Notes: generated by a model from the sequence alone, not told the origin. DNA of 64,000 bases from Abditibacterium sp. (GCA_965246885.1 OZ251992.1:2912001-2976000); one strand, 5' to 3'; shown: positions 1-10,266, numbered from the stretch's first letter. Program-made: numbers and translations.

Positions 1-1
1 C

Positions 2-886
2 CTCAACTACCGCGACTTGCTGACAGCGCGCAATGGGCAGATAGAGGGTATCGTGCCGTTGTCCGATGGGGCGGGCGAGGTCATCGAGGTGGGCGTGGGG
101 GTGTCCGAGTGGGCCATTGGCGACCGCGTGTGCGTCAATTTCTTCCGCGATTGGGTCGGCGGGCGCTTTGCGGCCAAGTATCACGGAGCGGCGCTGGGCG
201 GCTCGTGCGATGGGATGCTGTCGGAGATCGTGGTGTTCCCGGCGCACTCGCTTGTGCGCATCCCCGACGGCTACAGTTTCGTCGAAGCCGCCACGCTCCC
301 GTGCGCGGGGCTGACGGCGTGGTGCGCCCTACGGCGCGGCGGGTTCGTCGCGGGCGATAGCGTCTTGCTGCAAGGCACCGGCGGGGTTTCTATTTGGGGC
401 TTGCAGATTGTAGTCGCGGCAGGAGGCAGCGCCCTTATTTCCAGTTCAAGCGACGAGAAGTTAGAACAAGCGCGCAAGCTGGGCGCGGCGCACACCGTCA
501 ATTACCGCACCACGCCCGACTGGGACAAAGAAGTCTGGACTTTGACCAACAAGCGCGGCGTTGACCACGTTCTCGAAATCGGCGGCCCCGGCACGCTTGG
601 CAAGTCGCTCGCGTGCGTGGCGAGCGGCGGGCACATCGCCCAAATCGGCGTCCTGACGGGCTTCGCGGCGCCCGATGCCTCTCTCTTTCCGCTCGTCTCG
701 AAGAACGCAACGATGAGCGGCATTTACGTTGGCTCGGTCGAAGCGTTCGAGGAGTTCGTGCGCTTCCTCAACGCCACCAAAATCCGCCCCGTCGTGGACA
801 AGGTATTCCCCTTTGACGAAGCGCGCGCCGCGTACGAGACCCTTGCAAGCGGCGCGCACTTCGGGAAGGTGGTGGTCTCGGTTTAA
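2..886 (+). CDS. Zinc-type alcohol dehydrogenase / MDR family oxidoreductase (5' end outside window)
   Basis: Frame open from the window edge (LNYRD motif at 2-16); PLSDGAGEV, LPCAGLTAW, GTGGVS nucleotide-binding motif, HFGKVV C-terminus. Confidence 0.9.
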   Translation, partial: LNYRDLLTARNGQIEGIVPLSDGAGEVIEVGVGVSEWAIGDRVCVNFFRDWVGGRFAAKYHGAALGGSCDGMLSEIVVFPAHSLVRIPDGYSFVEAATLPCAGLTAWCALRRGGFVAGDSVLLQGTGGVSIWGLQIVVAAGGSALISSSSDEKLEQARKLGAAHTVNYRTTPDWDKEVWTLTNKRGVDHVLEIGGPGTLGKSLACVASGGHIAQIGVLTGFAAPDASLFPLVSKNATMSGIYVGSVEAFEEFVRFLNATKIRPVVDKVFPFDEARAAYETLASGAHFGKVVVSV

Positions 887-1492
887 ATGGACATTGCCCT
901 CCATCCCGTCGCCCTCGAAAACGAGTGGGTGCGCCTCGAACCACTTCGCGCCGCGCACGTGGAGCCGCTTGCGCGCATCGCTTTTGACCCGCGCGTGTGG
1001 GAGCACCTGCCCATCCGCTTCGAGGAACTGGCCGACGTGGAAACCTTCGTCGCCAACTCCCTCCGGCGCGAGGCGGAGGGCACGGCGCTCCCATTTGCCA
1101 TCGTATCACGTGCCGAAGACCGCGTCGTGGGCACAACCGCGCTCTTTGACTACTCGCCCGACCGCCGCGCCGCCGAGATCGGCTGGACGTGGCACACGCC
1201 CGATGTTTGGGGCACGCCCACCAACCGCGCCGCCAAAGTCCTTCTCCTCGCGCACGCGTTCGAGACGCTCGGTTTGGTGCGCGTTTATTTCAAGACCGAC
1301 ATCCGCAACACGCGCTCGCAGCGCGCCATCGAAAAACTGGGCGCGACCCGCGAGGGCGTTTGGCGCAAGCACATGCAGAGAAACGATGGTAGCTGGCGCG
1401 ACTCGGTGTTCTACTCGGTTCTCGACGACGAATGGCCGCGTGTCAAAGCAGCGCTGCACAGTGGCTTGGAGGATGAGGCGTTCCACTCCTAA
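887..1492 (+). CDS. GNAT family N-acetyltransferase (RimJ/RimL-like)
   Basis: AEIGWTW, N.RSQRAIEKLGA..EG, RDSVFYSVLDDEWP motifs; starts immediately after the upstream stop. Confidence 0.9.
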   Translation: MDIALHPVALENEWVRLEPLRAAHVEPLARIAFDPRVWEHLPIRFEELADVETFVANSLRREAEGTALPFAIVSRAEDRVVGTTALFDYSPDRRAAEIGWTWHTPDVWGTPTNRAAKVLLLAHAFETLGLVRVYFKTDIRNTRSQRAIEKLGATREGVWRKHMQRNDGSWRDSVFYSVLDDEWPRVKAALHSGLEDEAFHS

Positions 1493-2418
1493 CGTGCCTC
1501 ATAAACCTCTTCCAGCAACGCCACAACTTGCGCGCCGTCCTCTGCTTTCCAACGCGCATCGCCATCCTCGAACGCGCGCCACTGCGCGGCGAAACACGCG
1601 GCTTTGTCGTAGGCACCCGCCAAGGTGCGCGGCGCGGCGCCGTGCGGCGTCCAGAGGGTCGCGTGCCAACCGAGTGACATCACCCCGCGCTCGCAGTTGA
1701 TCAGGGCGAACTCGTCGCCGAAGGCGCGCTCCCAAGAAAGGGTGATGCGGACGGAAGCGCCCGCGAGGGACTCAAAGCGCACGCTAATGTCGGTTTCCAC
1801 TTCGCCTTCGGCTTGCCACATCCGAACGCCCACGAAGCGCAGTTCGCCCGCGAGGAAACGCGCCAAGTCGAGCGCGTGCGGGCCGTTGTCCATCCACACG
1901 CCGCCGCCACTGAGCGCGGTGTTCGCGTGCCACGAGCGGCGCCAATCGAAAGGCGCACCGAAGCCGATGGCGAGGCGTTGCAAAGCGCCCGCTTCGCCGC
2001 TCTCAATCAAGGCTTGGGCCGCCAAAACGCCCGCGCAGAAGCGATACTTGGCACTCGTGCGCAAGGTCGCGCCGCGCGCGGTTGCCAGAGCGACGAGGGC
2101 ATGGGCGTCCGCCGCGCGGGTGGCGAGCGGCTTTTCGCACAACACGTCGGCGCCCGCTTCGAGCGCGGCGCAAACGATGGCAAAGTGCGTCGCGGGCGGG
2201 GTGCACACGAGGACAACGGCGGGAGCGCCCGCTTCCAGCAAGGCGGCGGGCGAGTCAAAGAGGGGCGCGGCAATGCCAAATTCGTCGGCCAAGCGCCGCG
2301 CGGCGTCGGGATTGGCGTCGCAGAGTCCCGCCACCGAAGCGGCGCCGACGGCGCGCACATGGGCGCGGGCAACGCCGCCGCAACCGACGAGCGCCACACG
2401 AGGAGGGGAGGAGTTCAT
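1489..2418 (-). CDS. Gfo/Idh/MocA family oxidoreductase
   Basis: VALVGCGGVA Rossmann motif, CEKP, GGGVWMDNGPH.LD. Confidence 0.9.
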   Translation of the reverse strand: MNSSPPRVALVGCGGVARAHVRAVGAASVAGLCDANPDAARRLADEFGIAAPLFDSPAALLEAGAPAVVLVCTPPATHFAIVCAALEAGADVLCEKPLATRAADAHALVALATARGATLRTSAKYRFCAGVLAAQALIESGEAGALQRLAIGFGAPFDWRRSWHANTALSGGGVWMDNGPHALDLARFLAGELRFVGVRMWQAEGEVETDISVRFESLAGASVRITLSWERAFGDEFALINCERGVMSLGWHATLWTPHGAAPRTLAGAYDKAACFAAQWRAFEDGDARWKAEDGAQVVALLEEVYEAR

Positions 2419-2427
2419 AGCGGCATT

Positions 2428-3627
2428 TCAGGCGCGCACGGCTCCAAGGGTTGCGCGGAGCGCATCGGCGATAAAGGCGACGTGTTCGGGCGTGTAGTTC
2501 TCGTTCCAAGGCAAAACGAGCATGCGGGCGAGGGCCGCATAAGTGCCGGGAAGCGCGTCGGCGGTGGGCCAAACGGCGTCTTGGATGGGGAAGCCCGAAG
2601 CGCCGAGGGTTTGCTTGTCGCGCAACACGGCGCACTCGAAGGCGGGCTTTTGCACGTAGCGCGGCGCGCAGGCGATGCCGTAGCGCTCCTTCAAATGAGC
2701 GCCGATTTGCCGCACGTCAGCGCCCGACTCGGCTTCTTCGATGCGCAGCGTCACCTTCCAAAACACGCTTTCGGCGCGGTCGGGGAGGGTTTGCGGGTAG
2801 ACGCCGCGCAACTCGCTGATGGCACTTAAAAAGGCGCGGGCCGAGCTTTGGCGGTCGCGCACGACGCCCTCGACCCTGTCCAATTGTGCGAGGGCAACGG
2901 CACCCGCCAGTTCCGTCATGCGGTAGTTGGGTGCGGCGAAGTAGTGGTCGGGGTGGGCGTCGCCGTAACCCCACGCCTTATCGTGGAATAATCGCGCGCG
3001 CCGCGCGAGGTCGGCGTTGCGGGTGAGCGTCAGGCCGCCCTCGCCGCACGAGAAGTGCTTGCCCTGCTGAAGGGAAAAGCAGCCGATGTCGCCCCAAGTG
3101 CCCATGCGCCGCCCATCAAAGGTGGCATAGGGCGCTTGGGCGGCGTCCTCGATGAGCCACAAGCTGCGCGCACGGCAAAGAGCGGCGATGGCCTCCATGT
3201 CGCACGGCGCGCCGAACAAGTGCGTGGCGACGACGGCGCGGGTGCGGTCGGAAAGCGCGGCTTCGATGGAAGCCGCCGACACGTTGAAGGTATCGGCGCC
3301 GATATCGGCGAAGAGGGGAACGGCGCCGCAGAACAAAATCGGGGTGAGAGCGCCCATATCAGTGACGGACGTGGTGACGACCTCGTCGCCAACATCCAAG
3401 TCGAGCGCGGCCAAAGCGCAGTGAATGGCGGCGGTTCCGCTCGTGGTCGCCGTGCACACCCAGTTGTCCCCGCCGCCGTAGCGCGTGGCGAACTCGGCTT
3501 CGACGCGCGACACGAAAGTGCCGCGCGTGCAGTTGAGCGTGCCGCTATCCAACACCGCGCGCAAGTTGGCCAGTTCCGCATCGCCAAAGCGCCGCCCCGA
3601 AGCGTCGGCGTCCGTTGGTAAAACCAT
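2428..3627 (-). CDS. DegT/DnrJ/EryC1/StrS family PLP aminotransferase
   Basis: TSGTAAIH, IEDAAQA, CFSLQQGKHFSCGEGG (PLP lysine), NYRMTE; ATG at 3627 chosen to avoid overlap with the upstream gene. Confidence 0.92.
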   Translation of the reverse strand: MVLPTDADASGRRFGDAELANLRAVLDSGTLNCTRGTFVSRVEAEFATRYGGGDNWVCTATTSGTAAIHCALAALDLDVGDEVVTTSVTDMGALTPILFCGAVPLFADIGADTFNVSAASIEAALSDRTRAVVATHLFGAPCDMEAIAALCRARSLWLIEDAAQAPYATFDGRRMGTWGDIGCFSLQQGKHFSCGEGGLTLTRNADLARRARLFHDKAWGYGDAHPDHYFAAPNYRMTELAGAVALAQLDRVEGVVRDRQSSARAFLSAISELRGVYPQTLPDRAESVFWKVTLRIEEAESGADVRQIGAHLKERYGIACAPRYVQKPAFECAVLRDKQTLGASGFPIQDAVWPTADALPGTYAALARMLVLPWNENYTPEHVAFIADALRATLGAVRA

Positions 3628-3692
3628 GTCTTTAAATGTAATATGAAATTGCGAACCGCGCAAGGGGACGCCGGAAAGAAAAACGCCGCCTG

Positions 3693-6600
3693 CTACCCCC
3701 GAACTTCCCGCACCCAAAAGAACGACAGCGCGCTCCCGTGCAGGGCGCGCACGGCGGGGGTTTGGAAGGTAGAGTCACTGCGCAGGCGCAATGTCGCGCT
3801 TTGCTTGGGGGGCAAAGTCAGGCGCGGCGCTAACACTTCAAAACTTCCGTCCGCCCGCCGCCATGCTGCTTGCGCCACATCGCCGCCATCGAAGCCGACG
3901 GCATCCGGCACGCCCAGCGCCAGCCAAAAACGCTGCACATCGGCGAGTGTCCAGCCGCCCCGCCCCCGCTCGCGGCGCCGCACCAGTTCGCGCGACGGCG
4001 CCTCCCCATCGGGTTCTTTGACGACCAAAACCCACAAGTGGCCCGCGTCGTCCCATCCCGCGCTTGTCCGCGCGGTGTGCATCCAATCCAGCATGGGAAT
4101 GTGCCCCGCCTCCTCCGGTGTCGAGGGAATCGGCGGCGCTTGCGGCGTTTCTCCAAACCAAGGGTAAGGCCGCAGCGCGAGCGGGTGGCCGTCGGTAATC
4201 AGCCCTTGCAGCGTGCCGGTCGCGCAGTCGAAGTCGCGCGCAAGATTGGCAAACGGCGGCTCGTGCTCCAGTTTGAACGTCGGCCCCGCCGCGCCCATCT
4301 TCGCGCCCCACGTCCAACGATGCGTTCTGCCAGAATAGTAAGCGCGGCCCCCCGACACGATGGGCGACAGGTGGAAGGCGCGGTCAGCCGTGCGCGGCTT
4401 GCGATTCAGCAACCCGAAGAACCCGGCGTTCCAGCACGCGACCAACTCGCCGCGCGCGTTCATTCCCCCCGCTTGCGACGCGAAGCCGTTCTGCCAATAA
4501 GCGAAGCGGTTGCGCGGGTGCATGCGGTCGGGCGAGGACTCCACGTCCGCGTCCCACAACCCCAAGCGCAAACGCGGGTTCGCCTTCCAATCGAAGCGCA
4601 ACAGGTCGAGCGTCGTGCCGTCGTCGAGCACCGTCATCCGATGCGTCACGCCGCGCCTGAGCGTTTCGGGCCGCGCGTTTGGCCAAGGCCACACCGTGCC
4701 CTGAGAGGGTGCCACCAGCGCCGCGTAGCGGCGCTTGAGTGTAAACCATCGCCCGCCCATCAGCGCCAGAACAAGAGCAGCCGCGCCCCAAACCAAGCGC
4801 CGCGTCGCGGGTGTCCAAAACGGGCGCCGCGCTCCTTGCACGCGGGCCAGCCCCAAACGCGGCGCGCTCGCCCATGCCAATAGTAGCCCCAACGCGCCGC
4901 CCAATAGCAGCGCCAACAAACTGCGCCAAGTGGCGATATAAAGCGGGTTGTTCGCTTGCGCGAAGGAGTTCACCACGCTAATCTGCCCTATCGCCCCCAA
5001 CGCCAAAAGCGGCCACGCGAGGTGGCGGCGCCGCGTCGGAAGTAGAAGCGCGCCCATCACGAGCGCCGGGTGGCACAGCGAGAACTCCTTGGTGCGCGGA
5101 CGGGCGACGAACAGCGTTTCCAACAGCGCGCGGAATTTCCACTCCAACGCCGACACCGCCACCCCCGAATCGTTGCCCGACCGCGCCAGCCACAGCGCCA
5201 CCACCCCGCCCGCCAACGCCGCCAGCCCAATGTCCCGGAGCGGAAACGCGCGCCGCCCCAACGCTTTCGCCCGTCGCCGCGCCCGTATCCAGCACCGGCG
5301 CGGGTTCGCGCCGGGCCAGAACTCCCCCAACAGCAGTAGTAACACGCCCGCCACCGGCCCGACAGCCGCCGCCTTGGTGCCCCAAAAGTCGGCGACTTTG
5401 CTCCAATACGTCCAATCGTCGAGCGTCGCCGCCACCACTAATCCGCCCGCCAACGAAATCGCTGTCGCGCGCAGCAGCGCGAACCCGGCCATTCTTATCC
5501 CGCCCCGGCGCCCCAAACCACTCCACGCGAGCGCCAATATCGGGAACGTGAGCGATGCGCCCAACGCCAGCACTTGCGCACCGAACCCGGCGAACGGGTG
5601 CAACACCGCCACCAACGCCAACCCAAAGAGCGTCCCATCCCGCACCGCGCGCCCACTCAACGGCACGAACAGGCCGACCAACAATAAGGATGCACCCACG
5701 ACCGCAATCCCGGCCCCAAAGCGCGCCTGACCCGCTTTCTTCTCCGAGCGGTTGCCAACCCCAAAGCGCTTTGCGAGGCCAACCGGCAACGTCGGGCGTC
5801 CCAACACGCGCCAACGGTTCTCGCGCGTTTCGCCCGCCAAGGCCGCCACGAAGTCCCGTTGCTGCGCCCACGAATCGCGCCCAAAGCGCCCGTCCGCATC
5901 CGCCTCGCCGCTTAGCTGACGGGGCAGACGCACCAAATACAAGCGCACGTTGCGCTCGCGCGCGGCCCGCGCGAAGCGGTCAACCATCTCGCCCGGCTCC
6001 AAACGCAACGTGTCAAGCGACGAAACGACGTGCGTCCGCACCACAAAGCCCCGGCTTTCCCGCGCTACAACCGGCGTGCCCCGCGTCGGCTCGCCCTCGA
6101 CCCACGCGAGCGATAGCCGATTTTTCCTCAGGAGGCGCGCGAACTCCGGCAGGAGCGTCGCGTTTCCCGGCGCGGGGTCGCCCGCCACTATAATGCGCGC
6201 CCCGTCGTGCTTCGCGGCTCGGAGCACCGCGTCCAGTCGCGCGGGCGTCAACCCCACCCAGTCGCCCAAACGCGCGAGCGGCTCCATCCCTGCCCCCCGC
6301 ACTTCCCGGAGTGCCAGTGGGTCGAGTCCGACCGGCCATGTTTGCAGCGCGAGGTTGGAACGGACGACGGCAAGCGTGTCCGTTCCCAACGGAACCGGCG
6401 CAAACTCGCCTGTGCCCTCGTTCAGCGATGCCCGCACCCGCTTAAATAAAGCGGCGTCCGGGCAACTAATTACAAAGCAATACGCTGCGGGCAAGTGCGC
6501 CACCTGCGGGAAGAACGGGGCGGCGCCCGCGCGCGACCACAGCGTCAAACGCCCGTCCTCGGCCAAGTCGCGCACGGTTTGCACATCCAGTGTTATTCCC

Positions 6601-6812
6601 CGCGCCCCGTTATGCCGCATCGAGGCCAGCCAACGCGCAAGCGGCACCCGTTGGGCGGAAGAGGAGCGCACCGCATCGCCCCATTCAAGCGCGATCTCGA
6701 CCGGAGAGGGCGCCATCTCCATGCGCGCGCGGCCCACCAGCGACAGCGCGGATAACACAACGCCCAGCACTACCAACACCCAAGGAAAGAAGAACCGCGA
6801 AAAAATGCGCAC
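3693..6812 (-). CDS. DUF5693-like membrane protein fused to a C-terminal phosphodiester-glycosidase-like domain
   Basis: RAARERNVRL, multiple TM segments, ARSGND, RPRTKEF..HP, SVVNSF (DUF5693-like); C-terminal NAGFF, ARTSAG, AVGFDGG resemble phosphodiester glycosidase motifs. Confidence 0.65.
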   Translation of the reverse strand: MRIFSRFFFPWVLVVLGVVLSALSLVGRARMEMAPSPVEIALEWGDAVRSSSAQRVPLARWLASMRHNGARGITLDVQTVRDLAEDGRLTLWSRAGAAPFFPQVAHLPAAYCFVISCPDAALFKRVRASLNEGTGEFAPVPLGTDTLAVVRSNLALQTWPVGLDPLALREVRGAGMEPLARLGDWVGLTPARLDAVLRAAKHDGARIIVAGDPAPGNATLLPEFARLLRKNRLSLAWVEGEPTRGTPVVARESRGFVVRTHVVSSLDTLRLEPGEMVDRFARAARERNVRLYLVRLPRQLSGEADADGRFGRDSWAQQRDFVAALAGETRENRWRVLGRPTLPVGLAKRFGVGNRSEKKAGQARFGAGIAVVGASLLLVGLFVPLSGRAVRDGTLFGLALVAVLHPFAGFGAQVLALGASLTFPILALAWSGLGRRGGIRMAGFALLRATAISLAGGLVVAATLDDWTYWSKVADFWGTKAAAVGPVAGVLLLLLGEFWPGANPRRCWIRARRRAKALGRRAFPLRDIGLAALAGGVVALWLARSGNDSGVAVSALEWKFRALLETLFVARPRTKEFSLCHPALVMGALLLPTRRRHLAWPLLALGAIGQISVVNSFAQANNPLYIATWRSLLALLLGGALGLLLAWASAPRLGLARVQGARRPFWTPATRRLVWGAAALVLALMGGRWFTLKRRYAALVAPSQGTVWPWPNARPETLRRGVTHRMTVLDDGTTLDLLRFDWKANPRLRLGLWDADVESSPDRMHPRNRFAYWQNGFASQAGGMNARGELVACWNAGFFGLLNRKPRTADRAFHLSPIVSGGRAYYSGRTHRWTWGAKMGAAGPTFKLEHEPPFANLARDFDCATGTLQGLITDGHPLALRPYPWFGETPQAPPIPSTPEEAGHIPMLDWMHTARTSAGWDDAGHLWVLVVKEPDGEAPSRELVRRRERGRGGWTLADVQRFWLALGVPDAVGFDGGDVAQAAWRRADGSFEVLAPRLTLPPKQSATLRLRSDSTFQTPAVRALHGSALSFFWVREVRG

Positions 6813-6921
6813 AACGAGATGTTGATGTTACCAATTTTTCGCCGCTCCCCATCGGAATTGCGCCAACTTCTGTATTTGTAACCCCGTTTGGCACGAATAC
6901 GGCACACTTGGAGGGCGCACC

Positions 6922-7605
6922 ATGAAACACGCACTCATTACCGGCGCCTATCGCGGCATCGGGCTGGAAGCGGCCCGACAAATTGGCAAAGCGGGCTTTC
7001 ATGTTTTCGTCGCCGCTCGCCACGACGACCGGGGTGAAGAAGCCGCGCGGCTCTTGCGCGGCGAGGGATTAAGCGCGAGTTTCGTGCGGCTCGACGTGAC
7101 CGACGAAAGCTCCATCGCTGCTGCCGTCACCCATGTCAACGGGCACACCAACGCACTCGATGTCCTCGTCAACAACGCCGCCGTTTTTCCGCGCGGCGAC
7201 TGGAACATCACCAACTTACCCGCGTCCGTTTTGCGCGACGCCTTGGAAACCAACGCCATCGGCCCGCTTTTAGTGACGCAAGCGTTTTGGCCGATGCTTT
7301 TAAAGTCGGACTCGCCGCGCGTGGTAAATGTGTCGAGTTCCGCCGGAAGGTTGTATGACATGGGCGCCGAAATGCCCTCATACGGGCCAACGAAAACGCT
7401 GCTCAACGCCGTGACCCGCCAGTTTGCGGGCGTGGGGAAGGTCAGCGTCAATGCCATCTGTCCGGGCTGGGTAGCCACAGAAATGGGTGGAGCCAATGCC
7501 CCGCGAAACGTCGAACAAGGGGCGGCCATCATCACCCGTTTGGCGACGACCGACGCCCCGCCCAACGGCAAATTCCTCAACGACGACGGGGAAATCGGCT
7601 GGTAG
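6922..7605 (+). CDS. SDR family oxidoreductase (carbonyl reductase-like)
   Basis: TGAYRGIG, LVNNAA, YGPTK catalytic motif, CPGWVATEMGG; RBS GGAGGG upstream. Confidence 0.9.
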   Translation: MKHALITGAYRGIGLEAARQIGKAGFHVFVAARHDDRGEEAARLLRGEGLSASFVRLDVTDESSIAAAVTHVNGHTNALDVLVNNAAVFPRGDWNITNLPASVLRDALETNAIGPLLVTQAFWPMLLKSDSPRVVNVSSSAGRLYDMGAEMPSYGPTKTLLNAVTRQFAGVGKVSVNAICPGWVATEMGGANAPRNVEQGAAIITRLATTDAPPNGKFLNDDGEIGW

Positions 7606-7632
7606 CACAGCCCTGACAACGCAAGGACAACC

Positions 7633-8598
7633 ATGCAATTCATTCAAGTAGACCAATTCGGCGGCCCAGAGCAACTCGTGTTGCACGACGGCGCCACGCC
7701 CGCGCCGGAAGCGGGACAACTGCTCATCGAAAACCGCGCGAGCGGCATCAACTTCGCCGACCTCATGGCCCGTTCGGGCCACTACCCGATGGTATCAAGT
7801 GTGCCCTTTCGTCCCGGCTTTGAAGTCGCCGGAGTAGTCGCGGCACTGGGCGAAGGCGTGACGGGGTTCCAAGTCGGACAGCGCGTGATGGCGCTGGTGC
7901 AGGGTGGCGGCTACGCTTCGCACGCCGTTGTGGACGCGCAGTTGGCCGTTCCCCTGCCTGACTCGCTCGATTTCGCACCCGCGACGGCCTTACTTGTGCA
8001 AGGGTTGACCGCTTACTTTTTGCTCGAAACCGGCCAACTCCAGCCGGGCGGGAGCGTGCTGGTTCCAAGCGCGGCGGGCGGCGTCGGGTCGCTCGCGGTG
8101 CAAATCGCCAAGCTCAAGGGCGCGGGCAAAGTCATTGGCCTCGCGTCGCCGTCCAAGCATCAAAAAGTGCGCGATTACGGCGCCGATGCGGTCTTCGATT
8201 ACACCCAAGCTGGCTGGGCGAAGCAAGTGCGCGACGCAACTGACGGCAAGGGCGTGGACATCTATCTCGATTCGCAAGGCGACCCCGGCGGCGAAGGCGC
8301 GCACGCTCTTGGCAAGGGAGCATACTGGTTAGTGTTCGGCGGGCAATCGGGGGGCGGCGGGTCGTTGGATGCGCCGACTTTTATGCAACTCATCTTTAGC
8401 GGCGTCACGATTCGCGGTTACTCGATGTATGAGGACGTGGACAAAATCGGGCGCGCCTTGCCGGAACTGATTGGCTGGGCCGCGAGCGGGAAACTCAAAA
8501 TCGAAGCCGACGCCCGCTTCCCGCTCGCCGACGCCGCGCGCGCGCACGAAGCCATCGCCGCCCGTCAAACAAGCGGCAAGGTCGTCCTCGAACCGTAG
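7633..8598 (+). CDS. NADPH:quinone oxidoreductase (MDR family)
   Basis: GINFAD, PGFEVAG, AAGGVGS, TSGKVVL. Confidence 0.9.
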   Translation: MQFIQVDQFGGPEQLVLHDGATPAPEAGQLLIENRASGINFADLMARSGHYPMVSSVPFRPGFEVAGVVAALGEGVTGFQVGQRVMALVQGGGYASHAVVDAQLAVPLPDSLDFAPATALLVQGLTAYFLLETGQLQPGGSVLVPSAAGGVGSLAVQIAKLKGAGKVIGLASPSKHQKVRDYGADAVFDYTQAGWAKQVRDATDGKGVDIYLDSQGDPGGEGAHALGKGAYWLVFGGQSGGGGSLDAPTFMQLIFSGVTIRGYSMYEDVDKIGRALPELIGWAASGKLKIEADARFPLADAARAHEAIAARQTSGKVVLEP

Positions 8599-8624
8599 GG
8601 CGTGGACGGAAGAATTAAGTGAAT

Positions 8625-8775
8625 AATTCCTCGGTGCGTACAATTCTTCCGGCGGTGCGTATAATTCTTCCGCTTACCGGGTAAATTCTTCCGGCGGCGC
8701 GTACAATTCTTCCGCTCGCCCATGTAACTCAAGGGCGCTTTAGCTAATTCTTTCGGTGGCGCGTGCAATTCTGCG
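8625..8775. repeat. Degenerate tandem array with about 21-bp period (AATTCTTCCG core)
   Basis: AATTC/AACTC anchors at 8625, 8642, 8663, 8684, 8705, 8726, 8746, 8767. Confidence 0.85.
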
Positions 8776-8882
8776 GTTGCCGCGCTTGTGTGAGCGAGCG
8801 GCAGAAGCAATTTTTCTGTTGCGCTTTTCGTGGCGAAGAAGCGGGGCGGCTGGCCCCCGAATCGCGCGTGTTGGAGCAAATC

Positions 8883-9602
8883 ATGGCAAAGACAGCATTT
8901 ATCACCGGCGCCAATCGCGGCCTCGGATTGGAAACGGCGCGGCAACTGGCGCGCGATCACGGCTTCTCGGTGTGGTTGGGCGCGCGCGACAAGGGCAGGG
9001 GCTTGGCGGCGCAGGAGGAATTACGCGGCGAAGGGTTGGACGCGCATTTCGTGCGACACGATGTAACGGATGAAGCCTCGTCGCTGGCCGCCGCTCAGAC
9101 CATAGCCGAGCAAGTTGGAAAGTTGGACGTCCTCGTTAACAACGCGGGCATCATGTTGGAGCACTCGTTCCAAGTGGGTGGAGTTCCGGGAAGCGACTGG
9201 AAAAAGACCTTCGACGTCAACTTTTTCGGTGTCGTGGACACGACCAATGCGTTTCTGCCGCTTTTGGAGCAATCCGACGCACCGCGTATCGTGAACCTGT
9301 CGGCAATTCTGGGGTCGCTGACGGAAATTTCCAAGCCGACGATGAAGCAGTGGATTCGCGCCAGTTACTCGGCCTCCAAAGCTGCGCTCAACGCTTATAC
9401 CGTCTCGCTCGCTCAGGAGCACGCGGGTTCCAAGTGGAAAATCAACGCGGCACATCCCGGCTGGGCCAAGACCGAGTTGGGTGGCCCACAAGCGCTCATG
9501 ACGCCCGCGCAGGGCGTGAAGACCGTCGTCCAACTGGCGACACTGGCGGAAGACGGGCCAAATGGCGGCTTCTTCCACGTTGGCAAAACCATCAACTGGT
9601 AG
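8883..9602 (+). CDS. SDR family oxidoreductase
   Basis: TGANRGLG, LVNNAG, YSASK, HPGWAKTELGG; ATG at 8883 with GGAG upstream. Confidence 0.9.
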   Translation: MAKTAFITGANRGLGLETARQLARDHGFSVWLGARDKGRGLAAQEELRGEGLDAHFVRHDVTDEASSLAAAQTIAEQVGKLDVLVNNAGIMLEHSFQVGGVPGSDWKKTFDVNFFGVVDTTNAFLPLLEQSDAPRIVNLSAILGSLTEISKPTMKQWIRASYSASKAALNAYTVSLAQEHAGSKWKINAAHPGWAKTELGGPQALMTPAQGVKTVVQLATLAEDGPNGGFFHVGKTINW

Positions 9603-9609
9603 CACTCAA

Positions 9610-10266
9610 ATGTCAAACACAATTCAACCGACACTTACGGGCGAGCAACTGTTGTCCGTCCTCCACAGCCGCTACGCGACCAAAAAGTTCGACTCGTCCC
9701 GCCCCATAGAGGGGTCGCTGTGGGACACAATCGAGCAGGCGTTGCTGCTATCTCCCTCGTCGTACGGCTTGCAGCCTTGGAAGTTCGTCGTGGTTACCGA
9801 CCCCGCTCTCAGGGAGCAGTTGGCGCCGCACGCGTGGAATCAGCCGCAAATCACGACTTGCTCGCACTTGGTGGTGCTGTGCGCGCGCCGCGAACTGGGC
9901 GGCGACGATGTCGAGAAACTGATGACGGCGACGGCCCAAACGCGCGGCATCGGCGCCAGCGACCTGCACGGCTACGCTTCGATGATTGGCTCATCCATCT
10001 CGAACCTGTCGCCGGAAGATTTGCTGAACTGGAACAAGCGCCAAGTGTATGTCGCGCTTGAACAACTCCTCCTGTCGTGCGCCCTCTTAGGCGTGGACGC
10101 ATGCCCGATGGAAGGGTTCGTCGGCGCGAAGTTCGACGAGATACTGGGGCTGACAGACGTCACCGCCACAGTTCTGGCGACGGCGGGTTATCGCGCGCCA
10201 GATGACAAATACGCCGACTTCGCCAAAGTCCGTTATGCCAAAGAGGAGCTAATCGAGCGGCGCTAA
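9610..10266 (+). CDS. NAD(P)H-dependent nitroreductase (NfsB-like)
   Basis: RYATKKFD, LSPSSYGLQPW, DACPMEGF, GYR...D....KVR. Confidence 0.92.
   Translation: MSNTIQPTLTGEQLLSVLHSRYATKKFDSSRPIEGSLWDTIEQALLLSPSSYGLQPWKFVVVTDPALREQLAPHAWNQPQITTCSHLVVLCARRELGGDDVEKLMTATAQTRGIGASDLHGYASMIGSSISNLSPEDLLNWNKRQVYVALEQLLLSCALLGVDACPMEGFVGAKFDEILGLTDVTATVLATAGYRAPDDKYADFAKVRYAKEELIERR

Noticed and set aside
6888..6904. Sigma-54-like TTGGCACG-N4-CGGCA
   Set aside because: The -12 element mismatches the consensus and the start site would fall inside the RBS
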